Assembly: GCF_006345805.1 (NCBI RefSeq)
Contig: NC_042997.1
Location: 71,548,001 to 71,612,000 of the forward strand
Source: Octopus sinensis
Taxonomy: Eukaryota
Direction: 5' to 3'
Length of the DNA: 64,000 nt
Shown here: one piece after another, positions 10,381-23,372 of the stretch
How positions within the stretch are numbered: the stretch's first letter is position 1
How the letters are laid out: each line of letters begins with the position of its first letter
Notes under the pieces: model-generated
Seen by the model: only the letters and a program-made list of their open reading frames with translations
What the model was told of the DNA's origin: nothing
Database searches by the model: none
Made by a program: the position numbers and the translations under genes

Positions 10381-12729
10381 TGCATACATACATACATACT
10401 TATGCAAAGAGCTGCTTACAGTTTCCGTTTACAAAATCGATTTACAAGGCTTTGGTTGGCTCGAGGCTATAGCATAAAACACTTGCCCAAGGTTTCACAC
10501 TGTGGGACTGAGCCCGAGACGATGTGGTTTGGAAGCAAGCTTCTTACCACATTGCCACGCCTGCGCCTATGTTTCTTAATTTTGTCCTCATTAGATTTCC
10601 TTATTTTTTTCACCCCTAGAGCAGAAAATGTATTCCCTTAACCCCAGTTAACTTCCTTGTTGCACTTTATTCGTTTCCGCTCTAATTTTTCGGCATTTAG
10701 TTATTGATATAACATCACACGACTTCTAGCGATGGAAAAGTGATTACATTCACTCTGAAATACATTTAATCTACAGTGGCGTCGACCAGTGTTATTTGGA
10801 GCACTCTTTCAGAGCATGCTCTGTTCTTGTTGGACACTAAATCTAAACTGAGTACATTAAATCATGTAAAAATAAAAAAGAAAGAAGTACGCACACGGTC
10901 TCATCGTCCATGTATCAAATGTGCAAAACGTTAGATGACAGAGAGACTGATTGCAAAGAAACATATAAGGACTGTTAATGCCGGTCAGATTGTGACTTTT
11001 ACATCAATACCGAAAAATTGTAGCAGGCGGAGTTCTTTTTGTTTTGTCATCTTTGTTTTTTTAATACTCACCGTCACCTATTTCAGATGAACAATTAAAG
11101 AGTGATAATGGAGAAAGCAATATATCTATGATCCATACAACTTCCAAAAACTATCATCGTGAACAGTTTTGTTGACAGTGGACAATTAGACTATCTCAAA
11201 AACAAAAACATCGAGTCTCTACAGAGCCTGGTCTCCTCTGAATCTGAAAATACTTCAAGTGATGAAAATAACGATAATGTGAATATTAATTAACTTCCAC
11301 TGGCTTGTATGTACGAAGACGTAAAAACGTGATAGCACATTTATCTCACATCTCATAGACATTATTGATTTGATATGTGGTCAAGATCCACGAATGACTG
11401 CATAATTGAATGCTACATGCGATTTTGGTGTCAAATTCAAGCGGCCTTGGCAGATACTTCTAGAGAGAAACTGCTGGTATAACGGGGAGAAGGACAGTTA
11501 CACGTCTCTATTAAGTGGCGAAATGAAGAAAATATTAAAGACGTTGTGAAAGATGCATGAAAAGTTACATGAAAATATCCAAGTCACATGATATTTTTTT
11601 AATTTATGGAAGTTAGAGTTACATGAACAGCAAAATGGTGCCTTGTTGATTACAAGTTTTACTGAGTAAGCAACGGAAGTGCTGCTGGATCAAACTGCCT
11701 AAGACTACCATCGCATATCTATCTGGTTAATGGTTAGTGGAAACAGAATCACTCTTTCATTACCAAGACAACATTATTTCCTTTGTTATATTATAATAAA
11801 CACTGATGCTTAGATGATTTAGTACTAAAAACTTGTTGTACCACATTATTATGTTACTATGGATCTTTCAAAGATAAAAAATAAAGTTTGTCACGAACCA
11901 TACACCTTTAAAGTTCACGTGCAAATGAAGCAAATTTTGTTGCAATTGATTACAAGAATGATCTTCAACAAATTCGCTGATATCTTGACAGTTTTTCTTG
12001 TTATGTCATGTTTTATAAAGTACTTCTTCAGCAGCTTCAAACGAATGAAAATATAATCTAAAGAGGATAATGGGTTTACTAAACTGTGAAGTACTACCAA
12101 ATACTGAGTAAAAATAAGATGGTGAGCTTGTAGACTCGTTAGCACGCCGGGCAAAATGCTTAACGGCATTTCGTTCTGCTTTATATTCCGAGTTCAAATG
12201 CTACCGAGGTCGACTTTGCATTTCATCCTTTCAGGGTCGGTAAGATAAGTAAAAGTTGAGCACTTGGGTCGATGCAATCGACTTACTTCCTTTCCCGAAC
12301 TTCGTGGTCTTGTGGCCAAAATTTGAAAATACTGAATTAAATTATTCTAACATTTTCTGGCAAAAATATTCACCGAATGATTGACAATTTTGCTTAGTTG
12401 CCAAGAAAGGCAAAAACAATATTTCTTAAGTTGTATATTGTAATTTGGGCTGTGTAGCATCAATTAATAAAAAAAAACCTTTATTAAAATTACTATTTGA
12501 GTGTTTCTGTAAAATTTCGGGCAAATCAATCCATCTGTTTTCTTCTTTAATCAAAAATCTTTGTGCACCAATGTATTTGTATCAAATTGTTATGTCATGT
12601 TTTATAAAGTACAAATGTTCAATCAATGGAACCACCTTCTTAATTGAGTTATTGTGGTTGAGTATTCTACCGATATTTTTATCTTTAACATAATATTCAG
12701 GTAGAGTTAACATGATACAGTTTGTGTCA

Positions 12730-12884
12730 CACTAGCGTAGTTAGAGTGTGTGCCACCCGTGGAGGCATTTCAGTTTGCCATCCCCGGGCCCCCACAAAAA
12801 TACATATTACCAACAGCAGACCTAAAAGTGGTACGTCCTTCATAAGAGTGCCGGGGTAGACGCTAGTGATGTGCTACGCTAGTG
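12730..12884. mobile_element. Small hAT-like MITE
   Basis: 11-bp TIR CACTAGCGTAG/CTACGCTAGTG; 8-bp flanks ttgtgtca and acgtgtca (6/8 match). Confidence 0.6.
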
Positions 12885-13349
12885 ACGTGTCAATGTTCGA
12901 CCATTAAATTACCGGTACAGCCCAACAGACGGGACCCAGCATTTTTGTCTACTAAGATTTCTCTTTTGAGATTTAAGTTGACTCCAGACGATGGTAGAAG
13001 ACATTACGCAACATATCGCGTAGTAGGATCGAATCCAGGATCTCATAATCGTGAGTAGGATTTCTTCAATCATCCAGCTATACCCGTGCCATAGGTTTTA
13101 TATTAACGTAATCATAGTATTTCTTGTCTTGGTTATAAAAAGTATTCCTTGATTAATGAATCATCCATTTATTGTTTCAAATATAAGTTTGCAGAAATAG
13201 AGGAAGACTTTTTATTAGTTACAAGTACTGACAGCTGTCATAGAAATCAGATAAATTATTCACTGAAAATAAAGTTATGCTGCACCTTTTTAGAAATACT
13301 GTCTCTCTTTCTTTTTATCAATAATATATTTTGGGCTTCTATTAATCTT

Positions 13350-13431
13350 GCTGTGATGGCCGAGTGGTTAAGGCGTTGGACTCGAAATCCAATGGGTAAT
13401 GCCCGCGCAGGTTCAAATCCTGCTCACAGCG
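13350..13431 (+). tRNA. tRNA-Ser (anticodon CGA)
   Basis: 82 nt, GCTGTGA/TCACAGC acceptor stem, T loop TTCAAAT, oligo-T runs downstream. Confidence 0.93.
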
Positions 13432-16320
13432 GTAGCTGACGTTTGTTTTGTTTTTGCAATGAATTTTTAAATATGATCAATTTATGTTTTAATCAGCTTG
13501 TGATTTTTAGGACTGTTAACTTGACCTTTGGAAATGAAAGACATGGTTGACTTCTATGGAATTTGAAGGTCCGGAACAAATACCACAATGTATTTTATAC
13601 GATATTTAAATGACTCTGCTATTTCACAACAAATTGGCAAAGCCGATACAATGAGAGGCAAAATGCATCGCGGTATTAATTTCAGCTCTCAACGCTTTGC
13701 GCTCAAATTCTGTCGAGGCCAATTTTGTTTTTCATCTCTTCAATGTTGATGTATAAAGTGTTGGTTCAAGGTAGTCTATCAGAACGTAGGGCAATACCAG
13801 TTGGTTCTTTGCCTCCTTACAGCAATATCTGCGATGACACTACGTCCAGATTAAATGGGTCTTTGCCTTTTCTTAGACAATATCGGTGGCTTGAAGAGGG
13901 GACACTTTCATTACGTTGACAACTACTGTTCTTTCATAAAACAGAAACTTGCCCGGCAAGTAACTTTGGACAGAAATAATAGTCTTCGATATTTACACTG
14001 ACACGAAGTTTCAATTGGTTTGATCTCCGATTATTATCGGGTATCTTACTCCAGAATACATACAAAGTGTCAAATTGGATTCGAAACAGTAACCTTTAGT
14101 TCTATTCTGGGAGTGAGAGCGCTCTTAGATAACTGACATATCTCTAAAGATAATGCTTAACTCATCTCAGTTATTTAGAAATTTACTCCTACACACAAAG
14201 GCTAGTTTTCTGGCCTAATTGATCGCCCGAAGCGCGGACCCTAACCCTCTTTATTAGAATTGTGTTCTGTTCATATAGATGACATTTCACTCTCAAATAA
14301 CCATTTCATCTCAATGTAAATAGGTATCATGCATGGTTGAAGGATTCATAATATATCACATGATTAGCATTCAGTGAATAATTTAAATCTAAGACTGCTC
14401 TCGTGTGGGGTGACATTTGTGAGACAGATAAAGCGAAAAAGTGCTTCAACAAATAATTCAAGGTGTATAAACATGACCAAATGGATTATAGACCTCACAC
14501 AAAGGAATAACTTTAACAAGTAGATACACAACTACTTCCTTTCTGTTTCTTAACAGAAGAAATATATGTTCTAAACGAAAACTTTAACGAATAGGAAGGA
14601 TTTGAATATGTGAGTGCATTTCTTCTTTTATTCTTGTTACGGCCCTTCAACTTCTGTTCAAATCCTGTCGTAGCCAACTTTGCCTTTCAAACTTCCAAGA
14701 TAGACAAAATGAAGTACCTGCTAAGAACTGGCGCACAGTCATATTCCTTTCATGCATCCTAAGTATGATTCAAATTATAGTTGAGGAAAATCATATTAAA
14801 GAATAGAAACATTGCACAATCAGCAAGTATTTTGTTTTTCTAGTCGAGTTTTCTTCACTGAATTCATAACTCATCGAGCAAGACACCTAACAATATGAAA
14901 CTACTTCAGGACTTAGTATTAGTCTTGAGACACTATTTTGTCATGGTTAACTCTTCCATTGAATCTGAGTCTTGGTTCCAGTTGCCAATTAAGTCTGATA
15001 GCTACTTAGCAATAGTCTATCATAAGTTCATTACGCACCGACAAAAATCACTCTATCAATATGTGATTGTGAGATTCCAGATTTCTTAAATGTATTTTTT
15101 ATATAAGTAATTTCTAAATACTTATATACTTCGCAGTATATTGGTGTTCTAATATTATTTAAGTTTTAACATATTTGGAAAAGTCTAACGAGACTTTCAA
15201 CAAATAATTTTGCTACATAATAAATAAAATCAATACAAATAAAAATGGCTAAATTTTTAAATAAAACGCAATAAGTCCTATACTTTTACAAACTTCTATT
15301 GCTACTGATTATCTTCTACAATTTACAGCATTGAGCATATGAGAGAACGATCTCTCACAGATGTTGACGCTTGTCTACATGAGATATATTTCCTAATTAT
15401 CTAACAAGCAAAGACGACGAGCTGACAAAATCGTTAACGCATCGTTAATGTTTCTTGTGACATTCGATCTTTACCTTCTGAGTTCAAATCCTGCCGAAGT
15501 CAACTTTGCTTTCCACCGTTTCGTGGGGGATCGATAAAGTAATGAAACCAGTCAAGTCCAAGGATCGATGGCATCAATTAACCCCACCATTCAAAACTGA
15601 CCCTAAATCAGAAACCATTATTCAACTGGAAAATCTGAGATGAAATAGCCGAGTGGATAAAAAATTGAGTTACATGCTCATAGATCATGAGTTCAACTTC
15701 ATTGCAGGCAGTCACTGTGTTTCCATATTGCCCCAGTTCATTTAACTATCTAGGAATACCAAGTCATCATGGTACAGTTTAATTCTGATTGAAGGCGACG
15801 TATGAGAGTTTTAACAATAATAAAAAAAAACAGAAAAACTCATCTCATATTTAGTTTATCACATATATCTAGCCACTAACTAATATAACACCTTTCAGCC
15901 TTGGTAAGCTGAAGGATGTAGAATAAAATGTTTGCAATCGAACGGTGTGTCTGCAGTAGACTGAGACTTGAATTTAATCAAACCATCCATTTAACTGATA
16001 TTTAATTTGTCGATCTGTTAAGAAGCGAAGCAAGTCGATGCTGACAGTATTTGAACTCAGAACATAATAGTAGTAATGAAATACTGCTCAGCATTTTGTT
16101 CACTGCTCAACCGATACTACTATTCTATATTCCACAAACTACAAAATTAAAACAAAAGCAAACAAATGGGTTTTGTTGGTTGTCTTTGTCACAATCACAA
16201 TTTCGTGTTGTGGCAGGATATGAATTTATGTATCTTTTAATCTGCAGCCTTTCATTGTTTAATATCGTCCCCATCAAAATTTTAACACTAAATGACTTCT
16301 TACAGTGAGATGTATACTTC

Positions 16321-16596
16321 TCAAAAACATAACGAAGTGTCGGGACTTGACAGTAAACTATCTCTTCCAACCTGTGGCATTTGAGACGTTCGGAGGGAAT
16401 GAGCTACTAACTGCGAAGTTCTTGTCAACGTTGGCAACTCGTCTCACCGAGGAGTTAGGTGATGCCCATGAAGGCGCTTGGCTTTCCCAACGCCTTAGCC
16501 TCGCCCGTGGTAATGCTGCGGGTGTGCTGGCTTGCTTCAATAGGTTCCGTTGAACCTTGTGGTGCGCGACCAGTTGCTGTAGTAAAAAAAAAAAAA
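16321..16596 (+). mobile_element. 3' end of a CRE-like (restriction-like endonuclease) non-LTR retrotransposon with poly(A) tail
   Basis: KNITKCRDL..YLFQPVAFETFGG...FLSTLATRLTEELGD...WLSQRLSLA-RGNAAGVL* matches the CRE C-terminal pattern K..KY...F.P.A.ET.G...L.QRLS.A.QRGNA; short 3' UTR then A13 at 16584-16596; GC-rich relative to flanks. Confidence 0.7.
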
Positions 16597-18194
16597 TTCT
16601 TCACAAATGGTTTCAATATAGTTTTAACGGAAAGATTTGGAAGAAAAGTTCTCCAGTAATTTTCTTTCATGTAAATAAATGTTTAAGCTAATTTAAGAAT
16701 TTGCCAGCAAAATCTTACAAAATAACAATGTTCTAAAAGAAAAGTTTCAGGAGGGGAAATAACTCTCACAAACTTAAGAGCAAAATTGAACACAAACATT
16801 TTAGAAAGAACCATCAAATGATCGTTAGTTTATTGTAAGAGGATAACAAAACGAATGAATAAATGACTTGATGAGTAAACACTTAATGAAAATTCAATTA
16901 ATAAACAAAATTTAATAAAGAAACCAGTAGTAAAACCTGCTGTAGTATGAAGCTTCGTGATGTCTTGAGACAAGTAACCTCCCTTTAAAACGAAAACTTC
17001 CGGATGTTTCCGACTAATTGGTTTTATATATTTTTAAAGCATAACTTTTATTCTTTTCAAAAGTTTGTAAGTCCAGCAAGACAATTATGTTTTACAATAA
17101 CATTACAAAAATATTTCGAAACAGTTGAAATTAAAACTTAAAACTGATATTTCCGGAGTTTTGAAACTTTTCTGAAGATTTCATCAACAAACCAAAATGG
17201 GAAGCTGCGTGACGTTATCACTTTATCTCCAATTAAGAACAAAACTTTAATATTGATTGACATTTGGCTGACACTTGGATACATTATAAAGTTATAGATG
17301 TAAGATAACTTATTAAACTACCGCAACTATAGTCGATGTCATTAGGTATACTCACTGTAGTGTTTATTGACTTCCTCCTCCGCTCTCTCTCTCTTGACAT
17401 TTTAGATATATACTTGCGTTTATATATTTGCTCTAAACTTCATGTTTATATATATATATATATTCGAATAATTGCTTCCATGTATTTTTAAAATCTCTTT
17501 CCTAATATTTTTTTCTTCTCTTAAACTATTTGGTTGGATGCCTTTAATACTAACTTTTGTGTTGTTTTACTTTTTTGTGCTTTCGAGATGTTAAAATAAC
17601 ATAACTTATAAATTAGTGTAATGTTTAGTTTTCGTAAACTTTTTTTAAAGTTAGGTATTTTGAATATAGTTGTCGTTGTTATTTAACTGCGAGCCAGCTC
17701 TAATCGAGCAAACCTGTGGTCAAAGGCGTACCAAACAGTGGTCGTCCCTTTTATTTTATCTTTCGCCGTTAAGATATTTAGAACTATGTTATTCAATATA
17801 TTTCTCTTCTTTAAACTTAAAGGTGCAATTGGAGAGAATTTGGAAAACAATTCTTGCAGATTGAGTAGCCACATAGAAGTTCCCTTGTCCACTCGTGGTG
17901 TTCATAGTTTTGTACTTTGGTAATACCTACCTGTAATCTAAACGTCCAGCCTTGTCACACTATATCACACAAATTCCATCTGAGAATTGCGTTAAGGGTT
18001 CACATGCCTAAGAAATGTTCAGTGACTTAAACGCAACTTCGATCAGCGAGTAATTCAGTTGATCGAACATTACTTTCGTAATTTCCATAAACACGGAAAA
18101 TGAATAGGGACTTTATAACCTGATAGACACGTTTGTCTCTCAAACTGTCGCAATACTTACCTATAGTGGAACTATGGACAGAATTCTGGTTTAA

Positions 18195-18662
18195 GCACTC
18201 CATATAACCCCTCGATTTTTTTTTTCTTTTTTGTATTTTCAGAAAATTTTTACAAATTTGTGTTCCACAGACAAGAATTCATACGATTACACAAAAACAA
18301 AAATGATTTAAGGATTTAGCTGTTATTTTTAGCACACATCTCACGTCCATCTGATATCTTCCTTGTTTCTTTGTGTCTCTGACAGGTATTGATGTTTTTC
18401 AATATTTTCTTCTCATAAACACATTTAATGGAATGATGATGCACCTAAGGGCGGTCCATTGCTGGGATTTAACCAAAAAATTCTGACTGTTCTTCCATTA
18501 AACTCTGATTTTAAAAAATTCGAAAAAGAGTGGAAATTTTAGAATTTATGAGAATTTCCATTTTTCTCATAATCGTATGAATTCCCATGAGTAGAACACA
18601 AATTTACAATAATTTTCTGAAAATACTCCAAAATAAGAGTTATGAGGTGTTATAAGGTGTGC
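18195..18662. mobile_element. TTAA-flanked MITE (Kolobok/piggyBac-like target site)
   Basis: TTAA at 18191-18194 and 18663-18666; degenerate terminal IR gcactccatataacccctc vs gcacaccttataacacctc; internal IR 18233-18289 vs 18570-18626. Confidence 0.55.
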
Positions 18663-19786
18663 TTAAATCAAAATGCCACTGATCTGTGTCTTCATCGACA
18701 ACTTAAACAGCCCTGCATGGAAGCTTTGCCTGAGGATACATGCTTTAATGTCAAAACTACTGTACTGATGAATCATGTGTATTATGAATACATATTACTT
18801 GAAAGAGAGGAGGTGTTCTCTGGTGACAAAAATAACAGCAATCAGATATTCTCATTTGAATATAGTAAAATGTATTAAGAATGACTATACACTTTATTGT
18901 TTGCATTCTCATTTTTCTCTATTCACCTCTTGAATATATTAGATAGACCTCATGAATATATTAGGTAGACATCAGCATTCATCAGCAAATAAATTCTATA
19001 AACAAGAGCCAGTGCTCTTGTGAGATTCATTAATCTGGTGGAATAGCTTCAACTGAGGTGACGCACTATAAGATCAAAACACTGCAATTTCTCAGAGACC
19101 AACGAATCATGAGTGTTATGTATACACATCATCTAAAGAGAAGTGTTTTCTGATGATGTCAGAACATCGAGGATGAATAGATACATTACAAGTTTTTAAA
19201 AGTTTATGACAATGGAATACATTAAATCAGAGGAGCAATGGTTCTCAAATTCGTCAGTACATATGAAATAATGGAATGGCTTAAGTGATTTAGCTTTACT
19301 TCTTCCAGTTTTGTTGTGAATAGTCTTGTATAATGTTGTGCACTACCTTTTCAGTTATTGATATAAAAATTTGGATATAATATTTTATATTACAGCAAGC
19401 TTGTAGAATTGTAAGCATGCTGGGCAAAATGCTTAGCAGCATTTCATCCGTCTTTACATTCTGAGTTCAAATTCAACCAAGGTTGCCTTTACCTTTCACC
19501 ATTTCAGGGTCAATAAAATAAGTACCAGTTACATACTGGGGTCAATGTAATCAACTAACCTCCTCCCCTGAAACTGATGGCCATTCTCTTTTACTTGTTT
19601 CAGTCATTTGACTGCAGCCATGCTGGAGCACCACATTTAGTCAAGCAAATCGACCCCAAGACTTATTCTTTGTAAGCCTAGTACTTATTCTATCGGTCTC
19701 GTTTGCTGAACTGCTAAGTTACGGGGATGTAAACACACCCGCATCAGTTGTTAAGCAATGGTGGGGGGACAAACACAGACACATAA

Positions 19787-19823
<37 letters not shown>

Positions 19824-21399
19824 CACACATATACATATATGATGGGTTTCTTTCAGTTTCCGTCTACCAAATCCACTCACAAGGTTTTGGTCGGCCCAAG
19901 GCCATACACTTGCCCAAAGTGCCACACAGTGGCACTGAACCCAGAAACGTGGTTGGTAAGAAAGCTACTTACCACACAGCCACTCCTGCACCTAAAATTT
20001 GAAACCAATATTTTTCATTACAGCTGACCATTAAAGAGTGCTCATGTGCATGATTTCTTGCTTATAAAAGAACAATTTGTTGGAGTGACAGCTCTGTTGG
20101 ATAAAACCATGTTAAATACTTTAAAAAACACAAATTTACCTATGTTGGGTAATTTAATTGTGGAAGCATTATTGTTTATTTTGTTAGAAAATTTAATGAT
20201 ATTCTTTTGCATTGTGAAAACTTTCCAGTTTGGGAGAGACTGTGGTTGACAGACTCAATAGAGTTTTGGACAAAATGTTTACTTGTATTGAATCCTTTCA
20301 TGGTCAATAAAATAAGTAGCAACCAAGTTCTAAGGTTATCAGTTTTTATCCTTTATGATTACATTGACATTAATAATTCATTATACAAGTATAAACTGAT
20401 CCAGCACTTGATCAAATGTCTATGTCTCAACAAATATTTGGAGCCTTGTACCAATGTTAAAAATCACTGTAGGGGGAACTTGGATAGAGGTTTAACAATC
20501 GTCGTCGTCGTCGTCGTTGTTGTTGTTCAGGTCACTGCTTGGAATCAAACTCACAATCTTGGGGTTAGTAGCCTGTGCTCTTAAAAAGAGAACTGAAATA
20601 AGCATTATGTTTGATAAATTGATCTAAATGCTAAAGGGTTAATTTTCTTTCGTTCAGATATAATGAAGGTACAGTGCAAGTCTGCTTCTTCAATGTGTGT
20701 GGCAATTGTGTCACAGTGCTATTGAAAGAGGCAAGGTTGTCTCTGATAGAAAATGTTTTACAGTTCCCATTCATGGAGGTAGTATGTGTCTAAGTTGTGT
20801 GTGTGGGTGCATGCATGCATGGATGATGCTTATGTGTAGAATGCTAGTACCATCTGCAAAGGAATATTTAAAGCATTCAATATCTTGTATAATTACATGC
20901 AAATGCCAAATATAGCAATTATGAATTAATTAAAATTTTTATCATGCTGTGTATAGATTTTCACTTACATGAAGTATGGCCTTCTAAAGATGTGTAGAAG
21001 GTTTTGAAACCTGATTGAGAATATTGATTCCAAGCATGTTCAAAACTGACTTTTTATTTGTATTTTTGATTTTTTTTTCACAGCACATTATAAAATGTTC
21101 TATGATGAAATCTTATAAAAAAGAACACAAAAGGAATTGGTTCTCTGTAAGTACTGTAATTCTTAACCTTTTGACACTTATAATCATCATTGTCATGATA
21201 ATCATCATCACTATCACTGGTTTTACATTTCATTTATTATTCTGGCATAGGTTTATTGTGTCTGCAATCTTAATGCATGTCTTAGTCCTATTACCAAACC
21301 TAATTGACTTGCCACAAATTTATGGATGTTTGGGGAAATTGACAATATTTTCACCGTTTACATGGAAGCATTTTTGTTTGAATGTTTTCAATAGAAGAA

Positions 21400-21910
21400 A
21401 GTCTATAAATGAATTTCGCTGCAGCCGTCGGCGGGCGGCGAACTCATTAAAATTAAAATGGAAGAAATACAAACCTATTTCGGATTGATCACCCACAAAG
21501 ACGGTGAATCTAGGATAACACTACCAAACGAAATAAAAAATAAAATTAAAGTAAAGACTATTGTCTATAAAGTATACAATGTAGAGAAAAAAAAAAGATT
21601 TGAACACCTGAAGGAAAGCACCATTGAAAAGTGTCTTGGTGCGACTATGAAAGATATCTAACCAGGGGCGGTAAATTTGCCACAATAGAAGTAAGGTTCG
21701 AGTCAACAGAGCTTGCAAGGGAGTACTCGACTCGAACCTTGCAAAGTGGAAATATTTTATTTTCACCTTTATATCTGGGATGTCCTACGCCCCAGATAAA
21801 AATTTTAAATGTCCCTCCAGAATTAGAGGTAGGCTGGATTGTAGCCACACTTCTATACAAGAGGGAGGACAAGATACAATTGATCGAAATTGCAAGAGAC
21901 AGGCCTACAA
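21400..21910 (+). mobile_element. 5' fragment (UTR + ORF1 start) of a probable L1/Tx1-like LINE, frameshifted
   Basis: MEEIQTYFGL...KTIVYKVY...TIEKCLG (21458-21661) continues in a shifted frame as YLTRGGKFATIEVRFES...SPLYLG...IKILNVPPELEVGWIVA; resembles octopus LINE ORF1 proteins I recall; CpG-rich in CpG-poor surroundings. Confidence 0.55.
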
Positions 21911-23372
21911 TTCCAGTCTGTTATATATTTTGAGTATTGTTATCACTAGCGATATCATGATATAACTTTGTATTTTATATTTTATGTGTAGATGTATATA
22001 TACTGATGTACATGTAATATGTACACATATATATACACATATATACATGCACTAGCACTATGACCCAGCAATGACGGGTCATAATGCTAGTTATAAATAA
22101 AAGTCATGTGCTCCTTTACAATAAAATGTGTCCAGTGGTTTCAACAATCAGTTCCTAGTTTTGATTCAATGATGGTGTCAAAGTAGTGTTATCATATTTA
22201 ATACAATACTTAAAAGATTAATTAGGAATAATTATGCAGTAAGGAAAAGACTAAGTCAATTACTATAATTAGGATAATAATACTCATTGCCTGGTATTGT
22301 ATTTTTGTCACTGTATATTTATGTGTAATTAGCTTTTTAATGTGCAATACATTAAGTATGTTTAATTAACCTTTTAATGCTATGTAACACAAATTGACCA
22401 TTGTTTTTCATGTTTCTTGTATCTCTTAGTTAGATATTATGTAAAATATGTCAATTTCAAACCTACTAATGTACAACACTATACATCTAGTTTCTAATTC
22501 TTACGTCACTACTTCAGCAAGTGCAGTGAAAGCTTGTGCTTTGCTGCAGAGTCAGATTAGATCAAAACATGAGTGAGATTGTCTCCCATGCTTCCTGGAA
22601 TAATTACGATAATATTAAGCATTGACCAATATTGCCATTTCATTGCTGCACAAATTATTTTGAATTAATTTTATTTTAATGATCACCACTTTGAATATTG
22701 TAACACTAACTATTGTTCTTCATAAAAGTAGCAACCTTGAATAATTTCTCTCACTAATTTATTCTCTAAAATGACAGATAAATCTCCACTATCACACACA
22801 TGCACATGTGCACACATCTACATACACACAAAACATAAACACCCACACACACACACACACACACACACATATGTTAGGACTCTATGCTATCAAAAGTAAT
22901 ATTTCTAGATGGCTTGGTACATATTTTTTGTAGTTAGGTAAATTGAGGTATATATCATGAAGTAAATCGTCCCTAAATTAACAAAAGTATGTCTTGCATG
23001 GATTAACCTTTCTGTGCTGCTATAGGTAAGATACCTTACTCTCTTTCTTTCTCCCTATTTCAGATGTAAATTAGATATATGTCCATCCCACTTCTATATG
23101 CTTAATGTTCAAAAGAGCAGCCATCTTTAAAACAAGACCACTTGTTTAATCAATCCATTTATTAATATTGCAGTTCTAACTTTGCAACAACTATTCTGTT
23201 GTTTACAATTGAGTGAAGAACACTATATTCTTCAAACCTTACAGTAGGCTAACTCTAAATGGCATCTGATTACCAGTGGATAGACCAATGTTTATATTCC
23301 GCAAATAGCATTGCATTATGAATATGGCAAAGCCCCCTCCCCTGTCTATCTATCTGTAAATAGGTACATTAT

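Noticed and set aside
10810-10823. 14-bp palindrome CAGAGCATGCTCTG
   Set aside because: Isolated; compatible with chance in 64 kb.
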